A stretch of 64,000 bases of DNA from Macrostomum lignano (lineage: Eukaryota), in the NCBI GenBank assembly GCA_002269645.1, contig NIVC01001010.1, positions 124,001 to 188,000 on the forward strand. Direction: 5' to 3'. A program made the position numbers and the translations under genes. This document shows positions 42,411 through 56,054 of this stretch, piece by piece. A model generated the notes under the pieces. That model made no database searches. It worked only from the letters and a program-made list of their open reading frames with translations, and was not told the origin of the DNA. Each line of letters starts with the position of its first letter. Within the stretch, counting starts at the first letter, position 1.

Positions 42411-44665
42411 TGACAATTGGCGTGTGACAGTGCTTGAGCACTCAATACTGATAGCTGCTGTGAGAACTGGTGTGTGACAGTGCTTGAGCACTCAATACTG
42501 ATAGCTGCTGTGAGAACTGGCGTGTGACAGTGCTTGAGCACTCAATACTGATAGCTGCTGTGAGAACTGGTGTGTGACAGTGCTTGAGCACTCAATACTG
42601 ATAGCTGCTGTGAGAACTGGTGTGTGACAGTGCTTGAGCACTCAATACTGATAGCTGCTGTGAGAACTGGCGTGTGACAGTGCTTGAGCACTCAATACTG
42701 ATAGCTGCTGTGAGAACTGGTGTGTGACAGTGCTTGAGCACTCAATACTGATAGCTGGTGTGAGAACTGGTGTGTGACAGTGCTTGAGCACTCAATACTG
42801 ATAGCTGCTGTGAGAACTGGTGTGTGACAGTGCTTGAGCACTCAATACTGATAGCTGCTGTGAGAACTGGCGTGTGACAGTGCTTGAGCACTCAATACTG
42901 ATAGCTGGTGTGAGAACTGGTGTGTGACAGTGCTTGAGCACTCAATACTGATAGCTGCTGTGAGAACTGGTGTGTGACAGTGCTTGAGCACTCAATACTG
43001 ATAGCTGGTGTGAGAACTGGTGTGTGACAGTGCTTGAGCACTCAATACTGATAGCTGCTGTGAGAACTGGTGTGTGACAGTGCTTGAGCACTCAATACTG
43101 ATAGCTGCTGTGAGAACTGGTGTGTGACAGTGCTTGAGCACTCAATACTGATAGCTGCTGTGAGAACTGGCGTGTGACAGTGCTTGAGCACTCAATACTG
43201 AGAGCTGCTGTGAGAACTGGCGTGTGACAGTGCTTGAGCACTCAATACTGATAGCTGCTGTGAGAACTGGTGTGTGACAGTGCTTGAGCACTCAATACTG
43301 ATAGCTGCTGTGAGAACTGGTGTGTGACAGTGCTTGAGCACTCAATACTGAGAGCTGCTGTGAGAACTGGTGTGTGACAGTGCTTGAGCACTCAATACTG
43401 ATAGCTGGTGTGAGAACTGGTGTGTGACAGTGCTTGAGCACTCAATACTGATAGCTGCTGTGAGAACTGGTGTGTGACAGTGCTTGAGCACTCAATACTG
43501 ATAGCTGCTGTGAGAACTGGCGTGTGACAGTGCTTGAGCACTCAATACTGATAGCTGGTGTGAGAACTGGTGTGTGACAGTGCTTGAGCACTCAATACTG
43601 ATAGCTGCTGTGAGAACTGGTGTGTGACAGTGCTTGAGCACTCAATACTGATAGCTGGTGTGAGAACTGGTGTGTGACAGTGCTTGAGCACTCAATACTG
43701 ATAGCTGCTGTGAGAACTGGTGTGTGACAGTGCTTGAGCACTCAATACTGATAGCTGCTGTGAGAACTGGTGTGTGACAGTGCTTGAGCACTCAATACTG
43801 ATAGCTGCTGTGAGAACTGGTGTGTGACAGTGCTTGAGCACTCAATACTGATAGCTGCTGTGAGAACTGGCGTGTGACAGTGCTTGAGCACTCAATACTG
43901 ATAGCTGCTGTGAGAACTGGTGTGTGACAGTGCTTGAGCACTCAATACTGATAGCTGCTGTGAGAACTGGTGTGTGACAGTGCTTGAGCACTCAATACTG
44001 ATAGCTGGTGTGAGAACTGGTGTGTGACAGTGCTTGAGCACTCAATACTGATAGCTGCTGTGAGAACTGGTGTGTGACAGTGCTTGAGCACTCAATACTG
44101 AGAGCTGCTGTGAGAACTGGCGTGTGACAGTGCTTGAGCACTCAATACTGATAGCTGCTGTGAGAACTGGTGTGTGACAGTGCTTGAGCACTCAATACTG
44201 ATAGCTGCTGTGAGAACTGGTGTGTGACAGTGCTTGAGCACTCAATACTGAGAGCTGCTGTGAGAACTGGTGTGTGACAGTGCTTGAGCACTCAATACTG
44301 ATAGCTGCTGTGAGAACTGGTGTGTGACAGTGCTTGAGCACTCAATACTGATAGCTGCTGTGAGAACTGGTGTGTGACAGTGCTTGAGCACTCAATACTG
44401 ATAGCTGCTGTGAGAACTGGTGTGTGACAGTGCTTGAGCACTCAATACTGATAGCTGCTGTGAGAACTGGTGTGTGACAGTGCTTGAGCACTCAATACTG
44501 AGAGCTGCTGTGAGAACTGGTGTGTGACAGTGCTTGAGCACTCAATACTGATAGCTGCTGTGAGAACTGGTGTGTGACAGTGCTTGAGCACTCAATACTG
44601 ATAGCTGCTGTGAGAACTGGTGTGTGACAGTGCTTGAGCACTCAATACTGATAGCTGGTGTGAGA
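42411..44665. repeat. 50-bp satellite (TGTGTGACAGTGCTTGAGCACTCAATACTGATAGCTGCTGTGAGAACTGG)n, ~45 copies, intergenic
   Basis: Period 50 seen directly, very homogeneous, no spacers. Confidence 0.97.
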
Positions 44666-45214
44666 GCATCTTGCCATTAAAAAAGAAATAGAAGCGATGC
44701 CAACCGTCTGCAAGAGCGGTAATGATTGACTGAGTAGAGTGGCTGCTCCGTGAAACTCCCAAAACCAAAACTGAAGTGTGCAGCTCCTGTACGCGACCTC
44801 AATTCCATAATTTATTGTACTAGCAAAAGTATTCAATTAAAAGCGCAAACAAAGTCAAGCATATCTCGAGCTAATTGTACTTTTTATTGATAAAACAAAC
44901 GCCAAAGTAAAATCATAGATCATTTGGATGAAAAATTGCAACATTGCAGAGAGGAATCTAGACTAATAAATCAATGTACGACTTCATCTATCAGAGTACA
45001 ATACGACAAATATCACCCCATGGCGAAGTTAAGACGCAACCCAACTAGCCTATTGATTTACAAGGAGATTTGGAGAAAAATATGATTCTAAATACAAGTA
45101 ATTATATGATTGACAAGCCGAACTCATTTTATTAATTTTTGATAAATCAGGAAACCTTCTATGTAACTTTTGTTGCTAGAATAGTGCTTAAAGGGGGCTC
45201 GGGGGTATGTAGTT

Positions 45215-45750
45215 GCTGAGATGCCATGGCTCACAATGGGGGAGCTGCTGAGATGCCATGGCTCACAATGGGGGAGTTGCTGAGATGCCATGGCTCACAA
45301 TGGGGGAGTTGCTGAGATGCCATGGCTCACAATGGGGGAGTTGCTGAGATGCCATGGCTCACAATGGGGAGTTGCTGAGATGCCATGGCTCACAATGGGG
45401 TAGTTGCTGAGATGCCATGGCTCACAATGGGGCAGTTGCTGAGATGCCATGGCTCACAATGGGGAGTTGCTGAGATGCCATGGCTCACAATGGGGTAGTT
45501 GCTGAGATGCCATGGCTCACAATGGGGCAGTTGCTGAGATGCCATGGCTCACAATGGGGGAGCTGCTGAGATGCCATGGCTCACAATGGGGCAGTTGCTG
45601 AGATGCCATGGCTCACAATGGGGGAGCTGCTGAAATGCCATGGCTCACAATGGGAGTTGCTGAGATGCCATGGCTCACAATGGGGTAGTTGCTGAGATGC
45701 CATGGCTCACAATGGGGCAGTTGTTGAGATGCCATGGCTCACAATGGGAG
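45215..45750. repeat. ~31-bp minisatellite (GTTGCTGAGATGCCATGGCTCACAATGGGGGA)n
   Basis: Seen directly. Confidence 0.93.
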
Positions 45751-45908
45751 TTGCATCCCTTTATCCTGTTGTTAAGATGGCTAGTTCAGCTACAAACCAA
45801 AAGACTGAAAGATACGGGGCTGCAGCAGCATAGGAAAAAACAACCCGACAACATACACAGCATTGAAGGTTCCACTGCTCTCAAAACACACAGAAAAAAT
45901 GAATAATT

Positions 45909-48900
45909 TCAGCAAGCATTTTTATTATTCTGCACAACTGGCCACAGGGGCTGGGCGCAGGCCTCTGTGCAATAGTCCACCGTGATTCTGCATTCATAGC
46001 GGCTGGCCGAGTCCTCGCTTAGGTAGAGCTGCTTCAGCTGGAGCATCGCCGCCTCCTCGATCTGACACAGGTGACAACTGGTTAATCTGTACGGTCTGAC
46101 TGAGCTGATAAGGGCACTGACTGACAGAGTGACTAGAATGTGGACAATGACCAGCCCGAGTGACTAATAGAAACAATGACAAAAACGAGTGACTAGAATG
46201 GGAACAATGACCAACCCGAGTGACTAGAATGGGGCCAATGACCAACCCGAGTGACTAGAGTAGGAACAATGACCAACCCGAGTGACTAGAATGTGGACAA
46301 TGACCAACCCGAGTGACTAGAATGTGGACAATGACCAAACCGAGTGACTAGAATGGGAAGAATGGGAACGATGACCAACCCGAGTGACTAGAATGGGGCC
46401 AATGACCAACTCGAGTGAAAAGAATGGGAACGATGACCAACCCGAGTGACTAGAATGGGGCCAATGACCAACTCAAGTGACAAGAATGGGAACAATGACC
46501 AACCCGAGTGACTAGAATGGGGCCAATGACCAACCCGAGTGCCAAGAATGGGGCCAATGACCAACCCGAGTTACAAGAATGGGAACGATGACCAACCCGA
46601 GTGACTAGAATGGGGCCAATGACCAACTCAAGTGACAAGAATGGGAACAATGACCAACCCGAGTGACTAGAATGGGGCCAATGACCAACCCGAGTGACTA
46701 GAATGGGCGCCAGTCCATGCCGATTCACCTGAATAAGATGTAGCGGCTTCGTTAGCCGCCGTTTCAGCACCGCCTGCTCAGCCTCGGCAGACGCCACGAT
46801 GACTTTGAAATTGGAGGAATTGAAGGACGAATCGCCAGAAATCAACGGCGAAGAGTCTGTTGGCGTCGGCGGAGAAGCTGTCGTCGGCGTCGGTGGTGTC
46901 GGCAGCGGCTTCCAGGCTTTGCGCGGCGGCGTCGAAGCGGTGGCTGGCTGCCGCTGCTCGTCCTCGGCCGTCGGCGGAGCGGCGGATGACATCGACAGAG
47001 ATTTGCGCTGGCGCTGCGACTGACGCTTGAACGCCGGCATGCGGGCGGCTGCCGACGGCGCCGGGTTCGAGCTCGAATTTGAGTTCGATTGAGTCTGTTC
47101 GGCCATGATTTCCGACAGCGACGGCCGGTCAGTTATAACTCGGTCGGCCGCTGATTCCTCGGTTGGCAATTCCGACAAGTTAGCGTCGCTAATGCTGGAT
47201 TGCTGCTGCTGCTGATGACTGGACTGTGACTGGGACTGGGACTGGGACTGTGACTGGGACTGTGACTGGGACTGGGACTTGCGTTGTCGCTGCGACTGTC
47301 GCTTAAATGTCGGCAGGCGGACGGCCTGTTGCGGCTCTAGCGGCGTCGGTGGCGGCAACGTGGCCGACAGCAGCTTGGCTGCGTAGCTGCCGACCGCACT
47401 GGCAGGTGCTGTCGACCGTTGCCGCTCGGCGCCGTCCTCCTCCTCGACCTCCTTCACCGACTCGCTGGCTACTGGCAGCAGCAGGTTCAGCTCGGGACAT
47501 TTCTCCAGCGACACCGAGGCGCTGCTGCTGCTGCCCCGACTTCGACGCCGCTTTGTCGATGCTGCCGCCGTTGCCGACGCTGCAGGCGAATTTTCCGACG
47601 CGGCTTCTCCAACAATTCCAGCAGCAGCAATGGACGGCGCTGGCGGAATCGGCAGCGGCAGCTCGTCCGACGATATTCCGGCCAGCCAGCCGGGCAGCAG
47701 CTCGACGATACTGCGGCCGCAGTCGATCGGTTGGAACCGCCGGCCGGCTGGGCGGAGGCGACCGCGCAGATCCTGGCCAAGCCGGCCAAGCAGACCGGTC
47801 GGCAGTCCGGCCAGGCAGTGTCCGGCCGATTCCAGAATGGCCGGCAGATTGTTGGCCGCGAATTGGACGCAGGCGGCCAGCAGTCTGTCCGCATTGCGAC
47901 TGTCGGCCAGGACAGCGAGGCCGGCGAAGCTGCGCAGGTGAAGCCGCTGGGCGAGTTCGGCCTCGCAGGCCAGCCGAAGGCCGGGCAGTTGAAGATAGTC
48001 GGCGGCGTCCAGCAGGTCGGGCGCGAGATCATGGTTCGGGCTGAGCACCAGGCGGACATCGGCGGTGTACAAGTAGGCCAAGATGGCGAACAGGAGGCTG
48101 GACGGGTAGGGCAGGCTCAGACAGGCCGTAGTCGCCTCCCGCCAGCCGCCGTAGTGCCGGGCCATCAGCATGGCCGTGAAGTAGTCGGACCGGGCCGACA
48201 GCAGAGCGGAGTGGCAGGCCCAGCTGCTGTTGCTGCTGCTGACGTCCGGCCGGTCTGACAGCGGCGCCGACTCGATGGTGAGGTCGACAAAGTGACCGGC
48301 GCCGTCGGGATTGCAGCGGTCCACGGCTAGGGGTCTGGGAGGGTGAGTGGGGATGCAGTGAAGATTTGAGTGGGAGGCTGGCCCAGCAACTGAGGATCTG
48401 GGAGGCTGGCCCAGCAACTAAGGATCTGGGAGGCTGGCTCAGCAACTGAGGATCTGGGAGGCTGGCCCAGCAACTAAGGATCTGGGAGGCTGGCCCAGCA
48501 ACTAAGGATCTGGGAGACTGGCCCAGCAACTGAGGATCTGGGAGGCTGGCTCAGCAACTGAGGATCTGGGAGGCTGGCCCAGCAACTAAGGATCTGGGAG
48601 GCTGGCCCAGCAACTGAGGATCTGGGAGGCTGGCCCAGCAGCTGAAGATCTGGGAGGCTGGCCCAGCAACTGAGGATCTGGGAGGCTGGCCCAGCAACTG
48701 AGGATCTGGGAGGCTGGCCCAGCAACTGAGGATCTGGGAGGCTGGCTCAGCAACTGAGGATCTGGGAGGCTGGCCCAGCAACTGACACTCTGGGAGGCTG
48801 GCCCAGCAACTGAGGATCTGGGAGGCTGGCCCAGCAACTGAGGATCCTGGAGGCTGGCGCAACAGCTGAGGATCTGGGAGGCTGGCCCAGCAACTGAGGA

Positions 48901-51900
48901 TCCTGGAGGCTGGCGCAACAACTGAGGATCTGGGAGGCTGGCCCAGCAACTGAGGATCCTGGAGGCTGGCGCAACAACTGAGGATCTGGAGGCGAACAGA
49001 AGCATGCCATCCAATCGCTCACGGATTAGCTTCGAAGCGCCGCATGCGCCCAGACTTCAATCGGAGAGCTTTGCACACCTCGGCCAATGGGCCGCCTTTG
49101 GCGCCGCCGCCGCCCCGGCCGCAGTACAGATAGGCAAGCAGATCGTAGATCTGGCCGCCAGTGAGGCAGTCGCTAGCGATGACTGCCAGTTCCGCGCTAG
49201 ACTGAACCAATCGAAGCCAAGGACCGATGGTCCGGACCTCCTTGCTGCTGTCATCGCCGTGGTGACAGCAGTTGATCAGCCAATCGGCCAGGGCGGCAGA
49301 CCGGTCGGCCAGCAGGAATCGATGCGCGCCGATTCGGACGCCGTCGGAGCCGACAAGCTCGGCATCGGCGCCGGTTTCATGCGCCCGATCGAGCAGCTCG
49401 GCGAGACAGTCGGCCATGTCGGCGTAGACTAGCGGGGCCGGAGGCTCGGGCAAGTCGGTGAGGAAATGCCTGGGCGACACCTGCAGAGAGGCGAAGGCTC
49501 GGCCGCGTGGATCGGCAAACAGTCGGGCCGTCCGGTGCAGTCCCGGGATCGAATCCGACGGGGCGGACAGGGACACGGAGGAGACGGCAGCGGTTGTCGA
49601 CAGTGTCGAGCGCGGAGAAAGGCGAGTCGGCGAGGACAAGTCTACGCGGTAGCCGCGGCCTCGGCCGGTGCCGATCAGCAGGGCGCGGTGGGTCAGACAG
49701 GCGCTGGTGACGGTGCCGAGCGGCGAGGGCCGCGGACGGAGTCGGAACGGCTGCGAGGGGGAGCGGTGGTTGAGAAAGAGAGCGAATCTGTAGGGAGTGG
49801 AGGCGGATGTGTAGGGAGTGGGGACGGATGTGTACGGAGTGAGGACGGAAGTGTACGGAGTGAGGACGGATGTGTACGGAGTGGGGGCGGATGTGTACGG
49901 AGTGGGGACGGATGTGTAGGCCGAGGATGGGCGCTCACCTGTTGCCAGCCCGGTTGCCATAGGAACAGTTCGCCGGCCAAAGTTAACAGGCAGGCGGTGA
50001 GGCAGCGGCCAAAATGGCTCGGGTCCTCAGCCAGCATGACGCTGCGCAGGCCGCTCCACTTAGGCGCTATGTTGGTCACCTGGAGTAAAAAGCGCGAAGG
50101 CGGCTCTGCCAATTCCGCTAACTCCTGAGCACAATGCAAGCGCGCAAATACTGTACGCAGGCACAGCACTCACACACGCGCTCACACAGGGTGTACAGCA
50201 GCCCTGACTGTCTAATCGTCAGGCATGTACACTCTCTGTGGCTTGGAGGTTGGTCCTCAAAGGTGTGAATCGCACACAACCCCCTAAGTCAATTTTCATG
50301 CACACGAGCCCCGAAAACCTGACCACGAACGGAATCAAACCAGGGGTCGTGGGCGCGAGTCAGACGCGTTCACCACTGAACTGCTGTCGCTAATCAAACC
50401 CCTCAGGCTGTAGCTAATATTGCGTATAATAAATTCCAACAAGTTGATAATATCCTTTTTAATCCCAACCGTAAAAATAGCAGCCTCCCAGATCCCCAGT
50501 TGTTAAGCCAGCCTCCCAGATCCCCAATTGCTGGGGCAGCCTCCCAGATCCTTAGTTGCTGGGCCACAGCCTCCCAGATCCCCAATTGCTGGGCCAGCCT
50601 CCCAGATCCCCAGTTGCTAAGCCAGCCTCCCAGATCCCCAATTGCTGGGTCAGCCTCCCAGATCCCCAATTGCTGGGTCAGCCTCCCAGATCCCCAATTG
50701 CTGGGCCAGCCTCCCAGATCCCCAATTGCTGGGCCAGCCTCCCAGATCCCCAATTGCTGGGCCAGCCTCCCAGATCCTCAGTTGCTAGGCCAGCTTCCCA
50801 GATCCCCATTGCTGGGCCAGCCTCCCAGAGTGTCAGTTGCTGGGCCAGCCTCCCAGATCCTCAGTTGCTGGGCCAGCCTCCCAGAGTGTCAGTTGCTGGG
50901 CCAGTCTCCCAGAGTGTCAGTTGCTGGGCCAGCCTCCCAGATCCTCAGATGCTGGGCCAGCCTCCCAGATCCTCAGTTGCTGGGCCAGCCTCCCAGAACC
51001 TCAATTGCTGGGCCAGCCTCCCAGATCCTCAGTTGCTGGGCCAGCCTCCCAGATCCTCAGATGCTGGGCCAGCCTCCCAGATCCTCAGATGCTGGGCCAG
51101 CCTCCCAGATTCTCAGATGCTGGGCCAGCCTCCCAGATCCTCAGATGCTGGGCCAGCCTCCCAGATCCTCAAATGCTGGGCCAGCCTCCCAGATCCTCAG
51201 TTGCTGGGCCAGCCTCCCAGAACCTCAATTGCTGGGCCAGCCTCCCAGAGTGTCAGTTGCTGGGTTAGCCTCCCAGATCCTCAGTTGCTGGGCCAGACTC
51301 CCAGAACCTCAATTGCTGGGCCAGCCTCCCAGAGTGTCAGTTGCTGGGCTAGCCTCCCAGATCCTCAATTGCTGGGCCAGCCTCCCAGATCCTCAATTGC
51401 TGGGCCAGCCTCCCAGATCCCCAATTGCTGGGCCACAGCCTCCCAGATCCTCAGTTGCTGGGCCACAGCCTCCCAGATCCCCAATTGCTGGGCACAAGCA
51501 AATGAAACATACCTGCCCAGAGTGCAGCAGCAGCAGGCAGTGATCTCGCTGTTGCTGCCTGTGCTGACTATGCCGACGCTCAATGTGCACCAATAGGGCG
51601 GAATCGCAGCTGGCCAAGGCCAGAATGCTGATGCCGCCGCTACCGCTTTTGCCACCAGCGGCAGGATCCCACACTGTAGCGGAGCCCTGCTCCAGCTGCT
51701 GCCGCTGATGCATGTGCGCCAAGCAAGCCAGCGGGGTCGGTCGAGCTACCACTCGAGGCTGCTGCTGATTCGACGGCAGAAGCGGCTGACCGAACTGACC
51801 CCGGTCCTGGCCCCAGACAAATACCTGCGATGGAAAGCATTGCGGCAGACAAACTGACGGTACTTCAAATGGCTTTTTTGTTATAGTTTATAATAGTTTC

Positions 51901-54121
51901 CATTTCTCCTACTTTCCGGAACCTCCTCATTACCCATCTGTCCCCCATTTCCCATCTCTCCCCTATTTCCCATCTCTCCCCTATTTCTCATCTCTCCCCA
52001 TTTCCCATCTCTCCCTATTTCCTCTCTCTCCTCCATTTCCCATCTCTCCTCCATTTCCCATCTCTCCTCCATTTCCCATCTCCCCCCATTTCTCATCTCT
52101 CCCCATTTCCTCTCTCTCCCCCATTTCCCATCTCTCCTCCATTTCCCATCTCTCCTCCATTTCCCATCTCTCCTCCATTTCCCATCTCCCCCCCCATTTC
52201 TCATCTCTCCCATTTCCTCTCTCTCTCTCTCCCCCCCCATTTCTCATCTCCCCCCATTTCTCATCTCTCCCATTTCCTCTCTCTCTCCCCCATTTCCCAT
52301 CTCTCCCCCATTTCTCATCTCTCCTCCATTTCTCATCTCTCCCCCATTTCTCATCTCTCCTCCATTTCTCATCTCTACCCCATTTCTCATCTCTCTCCAT
52401 TTCCTCTCTCTCTCCCCCATTTCCCATCTCTCCCCATTTCCCATCTCTACCCCATTTCCCATCTCTCCCCCATTTCCCATCTCTACCCCATTTCCCATCT
52501 ACCCCATTTCCCATCTACCCCATTTCCCATCTCTCCCCCATTTCCCATCTCCCCTATTTCTTCTCTCTCCCCATTTCCCATCTCTACCCCTTTCCAGTTT
52601 CAGATTTCCCGCCAACCTGAGACTCGGTGACGACAGCAGAGTGGTAGCGAGCCGCCGCTATGCCCAGAACTCGTCGGCCGGTTTCCGGCCGCCAGCCGGC
52701 CACTGGCCGAGGCAGATGCGATTCCGCTGTGGCCGCAGCCGCTGACGCATTGGGCAACAGCTGGGCGGAAGCCGCCCCGGGATCCTGGCCAGCTACGATC
52801 AGCCGGCCAGACCTGGTGAGCATCAGCGTGTGCTCCCGGCCGACCGCCACCGACCGGACCGGATCCGGCAGCGCTGCGGCAGGCGCCGACGACGCTAGCC
52901 GGGGCAGCGGAGTGGGCTCGACCGAGAGCACGGCGGCAGCGGCGGCCAGGCCCAGCCGGTGCTGGCCGAATCCGCAGACAAGCACCCGGCCGTCCGCAGT
53001 AACGAATGCGCTGTGATAGATGCCCATGGAGATGTCGATAACGGCGGCGTCGGGCAGGCCGGAGACTAAATCTGCCGGCTGGTCCCGACAGTCAGAGTGG
53101 CACAGCCGGCCGAGGGTGTGGTTGGCCGAGTCGCCCCAGGTGTAGGCGTCGTAGCCCGGACAGGTCTCGGCCGGGGAGCCGGGAAAAGCGGCCGACTGGG
53201 GTATGTCGAGCAGATCGGCCAAGTCTAACGGCGTAAGGCCGTTGTGGTCCGTTGCGGATAGACTGGCGCCGAAGGACTGGCGAGTTGGAGGGGGGCGAGC
53301 GATCAGACTATGCTGACTCAAATTCAGCTATCGAAGGCTTCTGAGACAAACGAAACGACTCGGCCTAGCCTTCACTCCGTAATCCAATAGATTGCGCAAT
53401 CAATTCGTCGCTCGAACGCAAATTTGCATTAGTTTCATAATGGGGATCAGAGTGTCATAAAGGGGATCAGAGTGTCATAATGGGGATTAGAGTGCCATAA
53501 TGGGGATCAGAGTATCATAATGGGGATCAGAGTGCCATAATGGGGATCAGAGCATCATAATAGGGATCAGAGTGCCATAATGGGGATCAGAGTATCATAA
53601 TGGGGATCAGAGTGCCACAATGGGGATCAGAGTGCCATAATGGGAATCAGAGTATCATAATGGGGATCAGAGTGTCACGATGAGGATCTCAGTATCCTGA
53701 TGGGGATCTAAGCATCAATCAGCATCCTACTCACGGAAATGAGCCGCACCGCAGTTTCCAGCTGTCCGTGGTACACGCACCGGTGCAGCGGTGTCCAGCC
53801 GTTCTCCCAGTCTCGAGCTTCAACGCTCATTCGATGCAGGCGAATCAGGCGGTCCAACAAGCGAGAGCCGGCACCGGAGGCGGCGGCCACGTGAAGCGGA
53901 GTCCGGCCAAGATGATCGACCGCCTGACCGATGTTGGAGCACAGCTTCAACAGCTTCATCGCCGACTCTTCGTTATCATCATCAGACTCCATATTCAAAA
54001 GAAGCTGGCTCAGGCAGGCGTTGATCTCAAGGCAGTGACGCCTGGAGCGACATCTGGCTGAGCAGTGGGCCTCGGGCGAGACGCCGCCAGCCGATTCAGT
54101 TGTTGAATTAGTTGACGACAT
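45909..54121 (-). CDS. IBTK: IBTK homolog (ankyrin, RCC1, two BTB, low-complexity C-terminus). Inferred exons: 54121-~53730, ~53340-52620, 51835-51513, 50079-49939, 49750-49023, 48334-46729, 46061-45909
   Basis: Ankyrin GRTPLHVAA...DWENGWTPLHRCVYHGQL. RCC1 YTWGDSANHTLG, ISMGIYHSAFVT, VAVGREHT, VFVWGQD. BTB IGAHRFLLADRS and ACHSALLSARSDYF. C-terminal KPLHLIQ|IEEAAMLQL...PLW resembles the IBTK terminus. Confidence 0.88.
46120..46705. repeat. 31-bp minisatellite (GAGTGACTAGAATGGGGCCAATGACCAACCC)n in the last IBTK intron
   Basis: Seen directly. Confidence 0.92.
48368..48990. repeat. 29-bp minisatellite (GGAGGCTGGCCCAGCAACTGAGGATCTG[G])n; reverse complement of the 50480-51495 array
   Basis: Seen directly. 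Confidence 0.94.
50480..51495. repeat. 29-bp minisatellite (CAGCCTCCCAGATCCTCAGTTGCTGGGC[C])n; inverted relative to 48368-48990
   Basis: Seen directly. Confidence 0.94.
51910..52585. repeat. Pyrimidine-rich ~18-20-bp repeat (CCCATTTCCCATCTCTC)n in an IBTK intron
   Basis: Seen directly. Further arrays: 20-bp ATGGGGATCAGAGTGCCATA at ~53415-53710, 33-bp at ~54315-54460, 18-19-bp CTGTAGCTGGCGCCCCCT at ~55390-55830. Confidence 0.9.
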
Positions 54122-56054
54122 TGTGCCTTAAGGAGGATCGGCGCGGCGATGGCCCGCAAGGCTACTTGGGAATTAATGGATTTTAGGCAGCCTGAAAGTT
54201 TTAGTTTAAAAAATTAGGCGTTTGCTGTTGGAAGTAAGGACAGAAACAATCAAATATTCTACAGTTTCTTCAGATCAGAGATGGCATCAATGTTTCTGTA
54301 ATGACTAGCTCAGAGGCAACTGACCAATCGGAGTTGCAAGCCATTTTCTTCACTGACCAATCGGAGTTGCAAGCCATTTTCTTCACTGACCAATCGGAGT
54401 TGCAAGCCATTCTCTTCACTGACCAATCGGAGTTGCAAGCAATTCTCTTCACTGACCAATCAAAAATGACAGATTGTTCATAGATCAAAAGCAATCCTTC
54501 AGTGGGCCCTATTGATGCATAAGGATTCGAAATAAAGTCTACAGCAGCCAATTAGAACTTTCTGAAGAACCAAATATAATTAAGCAAAGTTCCATAGTTC
54601 TAGAAGTCTTAATGCAGAGAATTTTTATTTTTAGTCGGGATATAATGGCAACAGTATACCATGTTGACAACACATACTGTTAACAGTAGTAAGCACACGC
54701 TGGCCAAACAGCAGATGTGTATTAGTCAATGACAATTCAGTGTATTATCACAATCAGAAGCTAAAAAGCTATTGTGCTAAGCGGTTCATAAACAAACAAA
54801 ACAGACGAGACAAAAATTAATCAAAACATCATGCAGCATAAGGGTTTAAAACCCGTTGGCAACAAAATAGCATGAGCAGCAATGGATGATAACGGAGGGA
54901 GGGGGGCTTTTAGGAGGGGCAGGGTAGAACGGCGCATAATACATTGGAACTGGTCTATAAGTTATAAACAGATACAAGTACAACAAAGAACCGTTTGCAG
55001 AATTATTATGGTTTACTTCATTATCGCACAGCTACTCTTTGCACTAATTGATTGCAATAGCGACAAATCGAAATTTCATTTGAAGATGTCATAAATATAA
55101 CACGCATCTATAATAGTTGACTGAAAAATTAAATTAAATAGATAAAGCCCGCGATAAAGCCTACTATACTACTGCTATGGCGGAGATCAATAGGCAGAAA
55201 TAGATATTTTATTATGTAAAATCAAAATCAAATATAATACGAATTGTGTGACACAATCTGGAGTTTTTTAATTATTGTTTTCTGTTCACTGCAACCTTTG
55301 TGTTATACATACTGCTTTGTTGCTTTTACAAAAGCGTTGGGATCCTTAGAGGACAGGAATTTCCCGCCTAAACACAAACTAGCAACAGCTCTGTAGCTGG
55401 CGCCCCCTCTGTAGCTGGCGCCCCTTCTGTATCTGGCGCCCCCCTGTATCTGGCGCCCCTTCTGTAGCTGGTGCCCCTTCTGTAGCTGGCGCCCCTTCTG
55501 TATCTGGCGCCCCCCTGTATCTGGCGCCCCTTCTGTAGCTGGCGCCCCCCTGTAGCTGGCGCCCCTTCTGTATCTGGCGCCCTCTCTGTAGCCGGCGCCC
55601 CTTCTGTAGCCGGCGCCCTCTCTGTAGCTGGCGCCCCGCCGCGCCCCCCTTTGTATCTAGCTCCCCCTCTGTAGCTGGCGCCCCCCTCTGTAGCTGGCGC
55701 CCCCTCTGTAGCTGGCGCCCCCCTCTGTAGCTGGCGCCCCCTCTGTAGCTGGCGCCCCCCTCTGTAGCTGGCGCCCCTCTCTGTAGCTGGCGCCCCCCTC
55801 TTTAGCTGGCGCCTCCCTGTTGCTGGCGCTTTTCAATAAATATTCAAAACAGACAGGAAAATCTGCCGCAGGCAAAATGCACAGACACGGACAATTCCCA
55901 AAGTCGCAGTTCAATCATTGCAAGAACAGACCAATTCAAAGCAAATAATTTTTAAGAAACACAACAACTAACTAATAAATTGAAGTCAAAGATGAAAAAA
56001 TCACAGGTAGAAATTATGATATTACTCGTATTTGTTACTGGTCATTCCAAACAA

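Noticed and set aside
42411-44665. CRISPR-like regular palindromic repeat (likewise the 29-34-bp arrays)
   Set aside because: Units are contiguous with no unique spacers, there are no cas genes, and the context is a spliced animal genome.
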